This document shows, piece by piece, positions 18,208-26,998 of a stretch of 56,310 nucleotides of DNA. Origin of the DNA: a virus. Position numbers and translations under genes: made by a program. Under the pieces are notes generated by a model. It worked only from the letters and a program-made list of their open reading frames with translations, was not told the origin of the DNA and did no database searches. Position 1 is the stretch's first letter, and each line of letters starts with the position of its first letter. The DNA is taken from the IMG/VR virus record IMGVR_UViG_3300022562_001240; one strand, written 5' to 3'.

Positions 18208-21086
18208 AGATCCTCCAGAATGTCGAAGCCTTCTTCGAAGGTCAGGTCCGTCAGGATCGACTCATCGGGCTTCTCAGGCTTGGGTATCGTCTTCATTACT
18301 CTGATGCGATAATCCTCATCTTTCGGCGGCAGTGTGTTCCGCTTATGCTTCGGAACGCTGTCGAAGGTGAAAGTGTTATATCCACCAGATGGGGGCCTCA
18401 TGCGAACTTTCAGCAGAGCACCCTTCTTCAATTCGTCCTGCCATCTGGTGTAGTCGTCTGACCAGATATTCATCTTGGCCTGCCGACTATTCGCATCCTC
18501 AAATTCAACAGAGTAAAAAACGACACCATTCTTGCTGGTTCTTTTCCGAACCGACAAGATCTTCACTTCGATGGGCGCAGGGGCGTCACCATCTTTGTCG
18601 CATTCTTCAAGGAAGTAGTCGATGGTGCGACCAGTGAAATCTGGACTCGATTCCAATTCATGATTCCATTGGAAACCATAGTATTGAGACTCGGCCATCG
18701 GATATGTCCGCTGGTCAAAGACCATCATGTAGTCATTCAGCACGGCTACTTCTTCTTCGTCCAACTTCACCGACGCCGCATTGAACCCATCCATCGTGAT
18801 CGGATTCTCATCATCGTCCTTCTCATTCTCCTCGAATCGACGCACGCTGGTTGCTCGTTTGTTCGACAAATCGCTGAGCATCTTCGCCACAGAAACCTGT
18901 CGCACTCGATCCTCACCCTTGTACTTGTAGGGCACGTCACGGACGATATGTTCAAAGCGTTCTTCCCAGAGCTTCTCAGCCTCTTCAGTGAAGCGAGCCA
19001 TCTTATCGAAGTCGGGATCGCTCTCAGTGATCTCAGTGAGAAGCAACTCACGCAATTCTTCATCCTTCTTGACCATCGAGCCTTCGAAGCGTTGTTGACG
19101 CTGCCGACGCTTGGTGATTTTGTCTTTGAAGAACTCATGGAACTTCCGCAAATGTTCTCTGTCATAGTGCGGCTCCAGTTCGTCGAACACGCCCAGAGCG
19201 ATGAGGGCTTTGAGCGGCGCACCATCCGTTCCAAATTTTGTAAGGAAGTCCGGGAAGTCCTTGTACGGCTGATTCTCCACGATGCGATCAGCCACCGCTT
19301 CCCCGATGCCCTTGATGTTCTTGAATCCGAAGTAGACCTTCCCATCAGCGATGTTGAAGTTCATCTTCGACTTGTTGATGTTCACCGGACAAACCTCAAT
19401 GCTATGTTTCTTGGCATCCAGTTTGTACTCACGGAACTTCTCGTGATCCTTCTCACACATCAGCGTGGCTGCATAGAACTCCAGAGGATAATGCGCCTTC
19501 AAATACAGCAGTCGTGACGAGATGTAGGTGTAAGCACAAGCATGGGACCGGTTGAACCCGTATTCGGCGAATGACTCAATTTGATCCCAGAGATCACTGA
19601 CGAACTCCAGATTCGCCCCGAGGTTCTTCTGGCCGTTCGTCAAGAACATCTCTTTGTACTTGGCGAACTGAGACACCTTCTTCTTTGAGATGGCTTTACG
19701 CACTTTCTCAGTGTGCATGTCAGGAATGTTCCCGACGATACGCAAGATGTCCATGACTTGTTCTTGGTACACAAGAACGCCGTAGGTCTTGCCGAGACTT
19801 TGTTCCATGATCGGATGGATGTTATATGGCTCGCCGCCCTCACGGTCGCCATCACGCCACTTCTTGCGTTTGCAGTAGCGGGCGTCCATCCCCATGTTCA
19901 ACGGGCCGGGACGATAGAGAGCCGAATAGGCCACCAGATCTTCGAAGCTGGTCACACCACCACGCTTCACCAGCTTGCGAATACCTTCGCCGTCAAACTG
20001 GAAGATACATCGCAGGTCGGCTTTGTTAGCCATCTCAATCGCAGCAGGATCATTGAGATAAGAGATGTCAGACCAATCGGTGTCCCCCTCTCTGGCACAG
20101 ATGGATGTAAGACCATATCGCTTCTTCACGAGTTCTGCCGCCAGAGCGATCTGCATGAGGTTGTTGATGACCAGAAGGTCGAACTTGATCAAGCCCACCG
20201 GCCCAAGGTCTTGATGGGCGAGGCCCTCAGACCATGCCGAGCAGATTACACCGTTGGGATGCTGCTTGTTGACCTTCCGCACTTCGAGCGGCACGAAACC
20301 ATCGATTCGCTTACTGGAGATAATCAGACCTCCAGCATGGACGCCAGAGTGAGTGTTGCGGCCCTGAAAGAGTTTTGCCGCTTCGGCGATCTCTGGGTTC
20401 TCTTCGCAGTAGAGGGCAAACTTCACATATGCGGTGTCGGCAGGGACGCTGCCTTTGGCTTTCCGAAGTTCAGAGAACTTCTGAACCCAATCCACATCGC
20501 CGGTCTCCAACTCCTTCTTAATCTCATCCTGCTCTTCTTTGGTGGCGATCTGGAAGGTGGCGATTTCAAAGATCTTGTCCCACTCCAGCGGCTTGCCGTC
20601 GTCATCCTTATCTTCAAGCATCGACGTGATGCCTTGAATCTCATGAATGTCAGCCCCATGCACACGGGCCATATCCAAGATGGATGACTTGATGCCCGCC
20701 GTTCCGTAGGTGCCGATCTCACAAACCTTCTCTTGGCCGTAGGCTTGAGCCGCCCACTGCTCTTTGAGGTAGTCTCGCACCGGCTTCAAGAAGTCGATGT
20801 CGATATCGGGGAACTCGCCCTGAATCCAAGTGTTGGGCCGCTCGATGTCGAACTGTCCTGTGAGATCCAACAGGTAGTCGATGAGGTTGTTGTGTTCGTT
20901 CTCTGGGAAGATTAAGTTTTCCGCCCGAAACTTATCGTGAAGGCCAAGAAGGTACTCATGCTCAGCCTGAGCATCGATTTCCTTAAGCTCTGACTTCAGC
21001 CGTTCCTTGTACCTGACATCCTGCATCAAGCCTCGCTTCTCCATAGATGCAAGGCACAAGCGGATTAGCTTGTCTCGTTCCTTCAT
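18204..21086 (-). CDS. dnaE: DNA polymerase III alpha subunit (DnaE-type), C-terminal fragment: palm catalytic site, fingers, beta-binding and OB regions
   Basis: 960 aa. Contains FPDIDIDF (catalytic Asp pair), GRNTHSGVHAGGLIIS, IKFDLLVIN (FDFLGL-like) and YGFNRSHACAYTYIS (FNKSHAAAY-like), all in the DnaE order. Confidence 0.85.
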   Translation of the reverse strand: MKERDKLIRLCLASMEKRGLMQDVRYKERLKSELKEIDAQAEHEYLLGLHDKFRAENLIFPENEHNNLIDYLLDLTGQFDIERPNTWIQGEFPDIDIDFLKPVRDYLKEQWAAQAYGQEKVCEIGTYGTAGIKSSILDMARVHGADIHEIQGITSMLEDKDDDGKPLEWDKIFEIATFQIATKEEQDEIKKELETGDVDWVQKFSELRKAKGSVPADTAYVKFALYCEENPEIAEAAKLFQGRNTHSGVHAGGLIISSKRIDGFVPLEVRKVNKQHPNGVICSAWSEGLAHQDLGPVGLIKFDLLVINNLMQIALAAELVKKRYGLTSICAREGDTDWSDISYLNDPAAIEMANKADLRCIFQFDGEGIRKLVKRGGVTSFEDLVAYSALYRPGPLNMGMDARYCKRKKWRDGDREGGEPYNIHPIMEQSLGKTYGVLVYQEQVMDILRIVGNIPDMHTEKVRKAISKKKVSQFAKYKEMFLTNGQKNLGANLEFVSDLWDQIESFAEYGFNRSHACAYTYISSRLLYLKAHYPLEFYAATLMCEKDHEKFREYKLDAKKHSIEVCPVNINKSKMNFNIADGKVYFGFKNIKGIGEAVADRIVENQPYKDFPDFLTKFGTDGAPLKALIALGVFDELEPHYDREHLRKFHEFFKDKITKRRQRQQRFEGSMVKKDEELRELLLTEITESDPDFDKMARFTEEAEKLWEERFEHIVRDVPYKYKGEDRVRQVSVAKMLSDLSNKRATSVRRFEENEKDDDENPITMDGFNAASVKLDEEEVAVLNDYMMVFDQRTYPMAESQYYGFQWNHELESSPDFTGRTIDYFLEECDKDGDAPAPIEVKILSVRKRTSKNGVVFYSVEFEDANSRQAKMNIWSDDYTRWQDELKKGALLKVRMRPPSGGYNTFTFDSVPKHKRNTLPPKDEDYRIRVMKTIPKPEKPDESILTDLTFEEGFDILEDL

Positions 21087-21099
21087 GGTTCGACCTTCC

Positions 21100-22128
21100 C
21101 TAGTCGTAATAGTCTGGCGGTACTTCTGGTTTACCGAAGCCTATGTTCCCTTCAAAGTCTTTGTCTTGGACGGGTTCCTTCATTTTCTGAAGGGTCTTGA
21201 TGGCTTCATCGTATTCGTCGCCAATGATCACCACTGCCACAAAGAGTTCTTTAAGGTGGGCCAGCGACATCTCGTCAGTATCCTTTACCCACTGATTTAA
21301 GTCAATGTCGAGTTTGGAGATGTTCTCTTCGCCAATGAGGTGCTTAAAGTAAATCTCTCGTGATTCCGCAGTTGGGAAGCCGATGCGGAATCGTTTGTCG
21401 AATCGACTGGGCCGATTCATGATGCGAGGTTGAAGAGCGTGCGGATAGTTGGTGGTCGCCAAGAATATCGTTTTGTCAACTTCGTTGGCTCCATCAAGGA
21501 GATTTAAGATCTCCGATTCATTGTGCATTTCAAGAAGAGCGTCCAAGTCTTCCATCACAACAACGACTGGCGTGTCTGACTGGATTTGCTTCAGTTTGCG
21601 ATAGCCCTCAACAAAGAGATATGGCTCTTGGAATTCAAGGACCACGCCGCCACGCTTCACCACATCTTGCATGATGAACTGAACGGTGCTGCTCTTGCCG
21701 CTCCCCGGAGGCCCATGAAGAATGATGCCTCTCTTGTAGGTGATGCCATATTCCCTGAAGACATTTTCTCTGTCCCAGAACTTCTGTACTTCGCTGATCA
21801 CACGATCCGACTTTGTGTCAGGAAACCTTAAGAGACCCTCTGTTTTTACAGGAATCTTTTCGAAGAAGATGCCCACGTTGGGGGCACTCTTAATCTCATA
21901 GACTCCCGGCACCAGCCTGTCCACAGTGCGACTGGATGGGACAAAGATGCGATTGTCCGAAGTGGACCATTGACAGTATGTTTGTTCGATATCTTTTTCT
22001 TCTTCATCAACAGAGCAGTTTCCGTAAGCTGGCATAGCATTCCTCCTTGATTTGGCACGGGGAGCCTTCCCCATCTTGTCTAGGGTTCTCAGAGCCTTCC
22101 TGAATCTCTCATCCAAACTTTTAGACAC
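21100..22128 (-). CDS. AAA+ ATPase (classic AAA family)
   Basis: Walker A ILHGPPGSGKSS, Walker B VVVMEDLD, and a sensor-2-like NRPSRFDKR. Confidence 0.8.
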   Translation of the reverse strand: MSKSLDERFRKALRTLDKMGKAPRAKSRRNAMPAYGNCSVDEEEKDIEQTYCQWSTSDNRIFVPSSRTVDRLVPGVYEIKSAPNVGIFFEKIPVKTEGLLRFPDTKSDRVISEVQKFWDRENVFREYGITYKRGIILHGPPGSGKSSTVQFIMQDVVKRGGVVLEFQEPYLFVEGYRKLKQIQSDTPVVVVMEDLDALLEMHNESEILNLLDGANEVDKTIFLATTNYPHALQPRIMNRPSRFDKRFRIGFPTAESREIYFKHLIGEENISKLDIDLNQWVKDTDEMSLAHLKELFVAVVIIGDEYDEAIKTLQKMKEPVQDKDFEGNIGFGKPEVPPDYYD

Positions 22129-22191
22129 ACCTGCCTCCGTGCATAGATACCGTAGTATAAGAAACTACGGATTATCCGGCAAGGAGAATAT

Positions 22192-22569
22192 ATGGCCCTA
22201 GAATACAAGCTGGAATTCAACACACCAAGCGGTGCTGCTGATGATTCCGTGTACATCCATCTGAGAGTTGACCCTGTTTATCGCACCAGAATTGGCAAAG
22301 AAGCCTATTCGCTGCTCGACGCCGCAGACAAACAACCCCTGATTACAGAGCTTTTTGACATCGCTGGCGTCGTGGAAATCTCCACCAAGGCTCACCGAGT
22401 CTGGCTGATGAAGTCGCCTATCTTTTCTTGGCAAGAAGTGTTGCAGCCGGTACTCTTCTTGTTAAGAGACCGATTTGGAGAAACATCGATCTCGCCACTG
22501 CCGGGATCTGCTGAAATCGATGGCTCTGGATTGCGACTAGACTCGGACACGAATCGGAGAACAATATGA
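22192..22569 (+). CDS. hypothetical protein (125 aa)
   Basis: AAGGAGA ribosome-binding site upstream. Its end overlaps the next ORF by 4 nt (translational coupling). Confidence 0.45.
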   Translation: MALEYKLEFNTPSGAADDSVYIHLRVDPVYRTRIGKEAYSLLDAADKQPLITELFDIAGVVEISTKAHRVWLMKSPIFSWQEVLQPVLFLLRDRFGETSISPLPGSAEIDGSGLRLDSDTNRRTI

Positions 22570-23126
22570 CAGAACTGCTCCCCGGACCTTGGGTTGGACA
22601 CGAACAGGATTTCGACAGAATACGACCCCAGATCCCAGAACAGGGAGATATCATCGAGTTTGGTGTCTTCCAAGGCGGCACCACTCGACAACTGGCAACT
22701 TGGGGTCGCCGTGTCTGGGCACTGGATACCTATGGCGGAATGCCAAGTGAAGACTTCAGTGCCGAACATGGCGATCACGATTTGCCGGGCAAGTTCAACC
22801 CGTCAGAAGGCCCATGGGGCGAAATGAGCGTTTGGAGAATGTTCAAGGATTTCCCAAACATCTGTCCGCTCAAGGGTCGATTTGTAGAGACCCTACCTAT
22901 CATTCCACCAAGTATCCAGATTGCCTTTGCTTATATGGATTGTGATCTGTACGAATCATACCATCAGGCTTTCTCGTGGCTGGAGAAGCATCTAATGCCG
23001 AAAGCCCACGTTTTGATCGATGATTACGGGGCCTGTGCTGGCTGCCGCAAAGCTGTTGACGAATGGTCGGCAGATAAGCCTATCGAATGGATCATCGCCT
23101 GCAAGCACTTCATTTGGAAACAATAA
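22566..23126 (+). CDS. TylF/MycF-family SAM-dependent O-methyltransferase
   Basis: Motif I IIEFGVFQGGTT and the family-typical DCDLYES. Confidence 0.6.
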   Translation: MTELLPGPWVGHEQDFDRIRPQIPEQGDIIEFGVFQGGTTRQLATWGRRVWALDTYGGMPSEDFSAEHGDHDLPGKFNPSEGPWGEMSVWRMFKDFPNICPLKGRFVETLPIIPPSIQIAFAYMDCDLYESYHQAFSWLEKHLMPKAHVLIDDYGACAGCRKAVDEWSADKPIEWIIACKHFIWKQ

Positions 23127-23898
23127 CTTGACGAGGCACCTTTCCCTCATCCCACAACGACTGAATGGGAGAGATGATTGATGGCAAAGATGGATCTCCA
23201 TAGACCCTGAATACTGTTGGGAAATGCTGAAGATACAACGCCGAGTATTCATCCAGATAGTCCTCGATGGTACAATCTGTCATCAAAAACCCCTCTGAGA
23301 ACATCCGTTGTCCATTATCTTGATGGTGAAGCAGTTCGCCAAAGCGTTTCTTGACTTTCTCTAGCGACCTATAATGGCATATGCCATTGGAAACAGCCGC
23401 CCCTTTCGTTTGGACAACAATAGTCTGCCTTTTCTTTCCACGCATAATTTTTTTGGAGAAATACATCGGCCCACAAACACTACACAAGTAATCACACCTT
23501 TTGTTCTCCAACATCCTAATCAATTCTGCATCAAATCCATTCAGAGTCGGGATGTAGTCGTCCTCCATCAAGATGTAGTAGTCAAACTGAGAGCCGTACT
23601 GATCAAAGATGCGGGAGTATTGGCCGTATGAGTAGCCCTTGTTTGGAGTGCGGACAACATGAATAGGGACACCTGACTTCAGTTGAGACAGGCTATTCAT
23701 GAATGAAGTGTATCTCCCGCTCTCCTTTGGATTCTCGGGCCAACCCACTGTGATTTGATCCAGATTGTGTTGAATCGAATCTAAGCGGGCCAGATGTTCT
23801 TCGATGTAGCAACGCCTTTCATCGAAACCGCATCTGACTCGCTTGCCGCTCCATGTGGCAATCATGTAGTTTGTACGCATATCGTATGTACGATACAA
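23110..23898 (-). CDS. hypothetical protein (262 aa), possibly a glycosyltransferase
   Basis: Contains an EDD acidic motif (ILMEDDYIP); no firm family assignment. Confidence 0.4.
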   Translation of the reverse strand: MYRTYDMRTNYMIATWSGKRVRCGFDERRCYIEEHLARLDSIQHNLDQITVGWPENPKESGRYTSFMNSLSQLKSGVPIHVVRTPNKGYSYGQYSRIFDQYGSQFDYYILMEDDYIPTLNGFDAELIRMLENKRCDYLCSVCGPMYFSKKIMRGKKRQTIVVQTKGAAVSNGICHYRSLEKVKKRFGELLHHQDNGQRMFSEGFLMTDCTIEDYLDEYSALYLQHFPTVFRVYGDPSLPSIISPIQSLWDEGKVPRQVIVSK

Positions 23899-23914
23899 AT
23901 TTTGGACTGGCGCA

Positions 23915-23955
23915 CGAAAAAACCCGCTTCCCCTTTGCTGTTGGGGAAGCGGGTT
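23915..23955 (-). terminator. rho-independent terminator downstream of the tmRNA-like gene
   Basis: 13-bp stem AACCCGCTTCCCC / GGGGAAGCGGGTT with a 9-nt loop, followed by UUUUUU on the minus strand. Confidence 0.65.
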
Positions 23956-23968
23956 CTTCTAACTTGAG

Positions 23969-24348
23969 TGGACCGGACGGGATTCGAACCCGTGTCTTGC
24001 TCTGCCGTCAAAGCGGCGTCTACGATCATGTCTCTCGATTTGAGTTGTCGGCCAGCCGGTCGCTCATGAGAGCACAGCTACCATGCCAGCTTAGTCGATT
24101 TGAGTTTCGCCCATCTCTCCTACGACTCGGAGATTCAGGACTATCCTGATGGCGGTACGTCGCAGACCTATCAGGCATCGGTCATTGACGCTTCGGACGG
24201 GCCTAGCCCGTCACTGCTTACGCAGCCATGCGAAGAGGAGTCGAAGTTTCGACAATTATGGTTTTGAATGACTTTTAACGTGGCCCGTCATTCAACCACG
24301 GATCGCAGCCATCTTCTCAGAACAGCCAATCGATTCCAATTCCAGCCC
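23969..24348 (-). ncRNA. ssrA: tmRNA-like gene (transfer-messenger RNA)
   Basis: The 3' end is GGGUUCGAAUCCC (T-arm), then CCGGUCC and a discriminator A. The 5' end GGGCUGG pairs with that strand using two G-U wobbles. It is followed by GAAUUGGAAUCGAUUGG, which resembles the tmRNA 5' consensus GAUUCUGGAUUCGACGGG. An internal frame GAA ACU UCG ACU CCU CUU CGC AUG GCU GCG UAA would encode the tag ETSTPLRMAA, ending Ala-Ala-stop. No 5' acceptor partner for a normal tRNA lies within 90 nt. Confidence 0.5.
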
Positions 24349-24670
24349 AAGTTTTCAAAGATCAAGCCACCAGCCTGCCTTACCTGCACGTTGCCATCGT
24401 GTGCTATAGTCAGGGAGCCCCTGCCGTCATCGCAGTTCTCCCTCCAAGCCGAGGCGACCGGCTTTTCAGGTATGCAGACACCTTCACAGCCTTGCGGCTC
24501 CAGCGGGTGACTAAATCCAGTTTTGCCTCGGAGAGCACTGCCGAAGGACGGAAACTGGAAACATCCCTTCGATCACGGCTCTTTCCCCGAGGGGCCTGTA
24601 CGCTAGGCTCTCCCCTTTCGGGGTCGCTTCGGTCAGGTACTCTACATAGTATGGCACGGCCCGATTTCAG

Positions 24671-24898
24671 TCAAGCCGCTTCCCACATTTTCCTGCACTT
24701 GTCGAGCAGTGCGGGGTCTTTCGGAATTGCCTTGCGGATCTTCCCTTCTGTCTTGGCCTTCTCCATCGGGCAAGGATCGGTGTCCTTGTGGCGTCGGGGA
24801 TTCCGGCACTCGCAATGGCATCGAAACTTGCACCGAGGCGGCTCCTCAAAGAGTTGCCAATCGACCACGAAGACAGGTAGCATTTTGCATGTCAACAT
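24671..24898 (-). CDS. small Cys-rich protein (75 aa)
   Basis: GGAGGTG ribosome-binding site 5 nt upstream of the ATG at 24898. Contains CKFRCHCECRNP...CPMEK...CRK. Confidence 0.4.
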   Translation of the reverse strand: MLTCKMLPVFVVDWQLFEEPPRCKFRCHCECRNPRRHKDTDPCPMEKAKTEGKIRKAIPKDPALLDKCRKMWEAA

Positions 24899-24961
24899 GA
24901 TGCACCTCCGTTTGTGCGAGTTTCTTAATCATCTGTAATATAGCACAAACGAAAGAAAAAG

Positions 24962-25276
24962 TCAGTCCCACTTGGCAACCATCTCTTCTAAGGTTTCCGG
25001 CTTCAAAAAGCGGTCGCCCATACGGTCACGAAGACGAGGAGATGCAGAAGAGTCCTCTGCACTGATCATGAAGTTGAGCGGCACCAGCGAGAAATCGTCT
25101 GGCGTGAGTTTGCGGCCCAAACGATTCTCCAGACAGCCAATGCACAAGAAGTGTGCGAAACCGGCGTGCATGGCGGAAACCCATACATGGTGTTCGACCA
25201 TGTACCATTCGCCAATGCCACCATCACGAGAACATGTTTCTACCCGACAATCGTGACATCGTGAATCAGGATACAT
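24962..25276 (-). CDS. hypothetical Cys/His-rich protein (104 aa)
   Basis: ORF on the dominant strand. Confidence 0.4.
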   Translation of the reverse strand: MYPDSRCHDCRVETCSRDGGIGEWYMVEHHVWVSAMHAGFAHFLCIGCLENRLGRKLTPDDFSLVPLNFMISAEDSSASPRLRDRMGDRFLKPETLEEMVAKWD

Positions 25277-25344
25277 GACGCATCCTTACTACGAGCAGGA
25301 AACAAAGCCAAGCGATCCCTGCCAGCGAATGCGGGTATCCAACA

Positions 25345-25593
25345 TTAGCCAAAACGATTCCGGGAGTCACGAGAGCCATGGCGATAAAAAATCTCATCGG
25401 CTCCTGAGTCCTGTCGTAACTTCTGTTCAGCTTCGAGAACACGGGGATCATCCTCATCAACGAGCAGGTGCCATCCCACCCACAATGCAAAACATACAAC
25501 TCCGCTAATGATCAACCAAGCAATCGTCAGGGGTAGAAACGAAGCGTTTCCCAACATGACCAAGCACACCATGACGGCCTCCGAGCCCACCAA
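25345..25593 (-). CDS. putative holin-like protein (two TM helices, charged C-terminus)
   Basis: AVMVCLVMLGNASFLPLTIAWLIISGVVCFALWVGW is followed by a charged tail. It overlaps the 3' end of the upstream peptidase gene. An alternative frame (25266-25499) exists, so the call is uncertain. Confidence 0.3.
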   Translation of the reverse strand: MVGSEAVMVCLVMLGNASFLPLTIAWLIISGVVCFALWVGWHLLVDEDDPRVLEAEQKLRQDSGADEIFYRHGSRDSRNRFG

Positions 25594-26198
25594 GCGGCGG
25601 ATCTTTCACACCAGCTTTTCTTCTCCGAATCTCTAAGAACCACATGGTATTGTTTGCCTAGCTGGTGATGGCAAACCCTGAGCAAACCATGCAGGTCTCC
25701 CGGCGAGATGGTACGGTTTGGGGCCGAAAAATCTCTTCGCCCTGTCGCTTCAATAGCAGCGGCGCACATCTCAGAGCAATGTGTACCATTTGTCTGCACA
25801 TTCCGCAAGTAGCCCCGGACGGAGTACCGGCGTCCCACTTGAGTCTCCAGAAACTCTTTCATTTTGGAGACTTCTGCATCCGAATATGGCCTGTTCGGCG
25901 TGACCACTGTGACCAAAGCTGGGCTCTGTGGATGTGACGTGTTGTAGTCACCCATGGCCGTCAGCCATTCCTCAATGGTGTATCTCTTCACAACAGGCGG
26001 CTCGGCTTCATAGACCCATGTTTTGTCACCATATTTGACGACGACAGCAACATGGCTGAATGACGACTTCGTGTAACACTCGACGAGGTTGTGGCTGTTC
26101 TGGACGAACAGCATGTCGCCGCTGTGCAGGTTGTCTGAAAAGGCATGAACAGGTGCAGCGAAAAGAAGAATCGCTGCGATGACTTGTAGGAATCGCAT
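25527..26198 (-). CDS. secreted permuted papain-fold peptidase (YiiX/DUF830-like, NlpC/P60 superfamily)
   Basis: Signal peptide MRFLQVIAAILLFAAPVHA. GDMLFVQNSHNLVE...SHVAVVV ... HCSEMCAAAIEATG reproduces the YiiX-type order with the catalytic Cys near the C-terminus. Confidence 0.55.
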   Translation of the reverse strand: MRFLQVIAAILLFAAPVHAFSDNLHSGDMLFVQNSHNLVECYTKSSFSHVAVVVKYGDKTWVYEAEPPVVKRYTIEEWLTAMGDYNTSHPQSPALVTVVTPNRPYSDAEVSKMKEFLETQVGRRYSVRGYLRNVQTNGTHCSEMCAAAIEATGRRDFSAPNRTISPGDLHGLLRVCHHQLGKQYHVVLRDSEKKSWCERSAAWWARRPSWCAWSCWETLRFYP

Positions 26199-26262
26199 CG
26201 CTACCTCCGTGAATAAGTATGCACGAAACGATTATTGCAAAATTTGGAACAGAAACCAAGAG

Positions 26263-26922
26263 TCATTTCTGAATGACTGCCTCGATACTGTACTCCCCGA
26301 CAGGATGTTGATCGGGGGCCACGAGATGATTGTAGCCCTCATCAATCACTCGAAAGTCCACGATGTTCGCATTGGGGATCGCTTCCAAAATAACTCTTTT
26401 GAGACTCTTGGTGCATGGCGGCTCATCTGTCTCGGGCAGCCAGAAATACTTGTGATCTGGGTTCCATTGGCTCGGGAGCATCTTTCGCTTCTCATATAGG
26501 TCTCTATGGGGGATCGAAATAATCAGGTGCCCACCCGGCTTGACCAACTCAAACCAACGTGCCAACGCCTTCTCTGGGAACTTCATGTGTTCCAAAACGT
26601 GACTGGCATAAACTGTCCAGTATGTGTCGTTTGGAAAATCATACATGAATTGTGCGTCACCGTCACCAAATGCCATATCGAAACGACGAAATGTCTTGTT
26701 CACCGGATCTTGCGAGCAACCAATGTCCAACCCGAGCTTGTCTTCGGGACAATACTTCTCATACCAACCTTCTCTCAAACGTCTCTCCCGAGCACGACTG
26801 GTTTCTCCGTTAAAAAAATTTGCCATATAATCTCCTATCGCTGGCGAAAACTTGTGTTCCCATTCTTCCAAATTCTCGTCATCTGGGATGTGCCCTCCCA
26901 TGTGAACGGCTTTGAATGTCAT
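26263..26922 (-). CDS. class I SAM-dependent methyltransferase
   Basis: LDIGCS (motif I) and SHVLEH. Start moved to the ATG at 26922 (MTFKAVHM), which has an AAGGAGG ribosome-binding site 5 nt upstream. Confidence 0.6.
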   Translation of the reverse strand: MTFKAVHMGGHIPDDENLEEWEHKFSPAIGDYMANFFNGETSRARERRLREGWYEKYCPEDKLGLDIGCSQDPVNKTFRRFDMAFGDGDAQFMYDFPNDTYWTVYASHVLEHMKFPEKALARWFELVKPGGHLIISIPHRDLYEKRKMLPSQWNPDHKYFWLPETDEPPCTKSLKRVILEAIPNANIVDFRVIDEGYNHLVAPDQHPVGEYSIEAVIQK

Positions 26923-26998
26923 GACGCCTCCTTTCTTTAATAACAGAGTCTCGCCGCCAAATTTCCCTTCCAAAGTCTAAATATGGTGGAGGTGTGAT

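Noticed and set aside
18660-20687. Long antisense ORFs inside dnaE (18660-19517 +, 19713-20687 +), and similar shadow ORFs opposite other large genes (7554-8261, 14450-15331, 39847-40674, 41900-42874, 44480-45331, 10148-10687)
   Set aside because: They lie entirely opposite well-supported genes with strong family signatures. They lack ribosome-binding sites and have shadow-ORF composition.
23969-24060. Stand-alone tRNA gene ending in GGTTCGAATCC...CCA on the minus strand
   Set aside because: No 5' acceptor strand complementary to CCGGUCC, and no D-arm-like sequence, lies within 95 nt upstream. The nearest pairing partner (GGGCUGG) is about 380 nt away and is followed by a tmRNA-like 5' motif. 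A tmRNA-like gene is therefore the better explanation.
24268-24938. Plus-strand ORFs 24268-24510, 24399-24938 and 24709-24900, plus several minus-strand ORFs over the same stretch
   Set aside because: They overlie the tmRNA-like gene and its GC-rich leader. Their composition is aberrant (Ser/Arg/Leu/Cys-rich, no ribosome-binding sites). Only 24671-24898 (minus) has a GGAGGTG ribosome-binding site and was kept.
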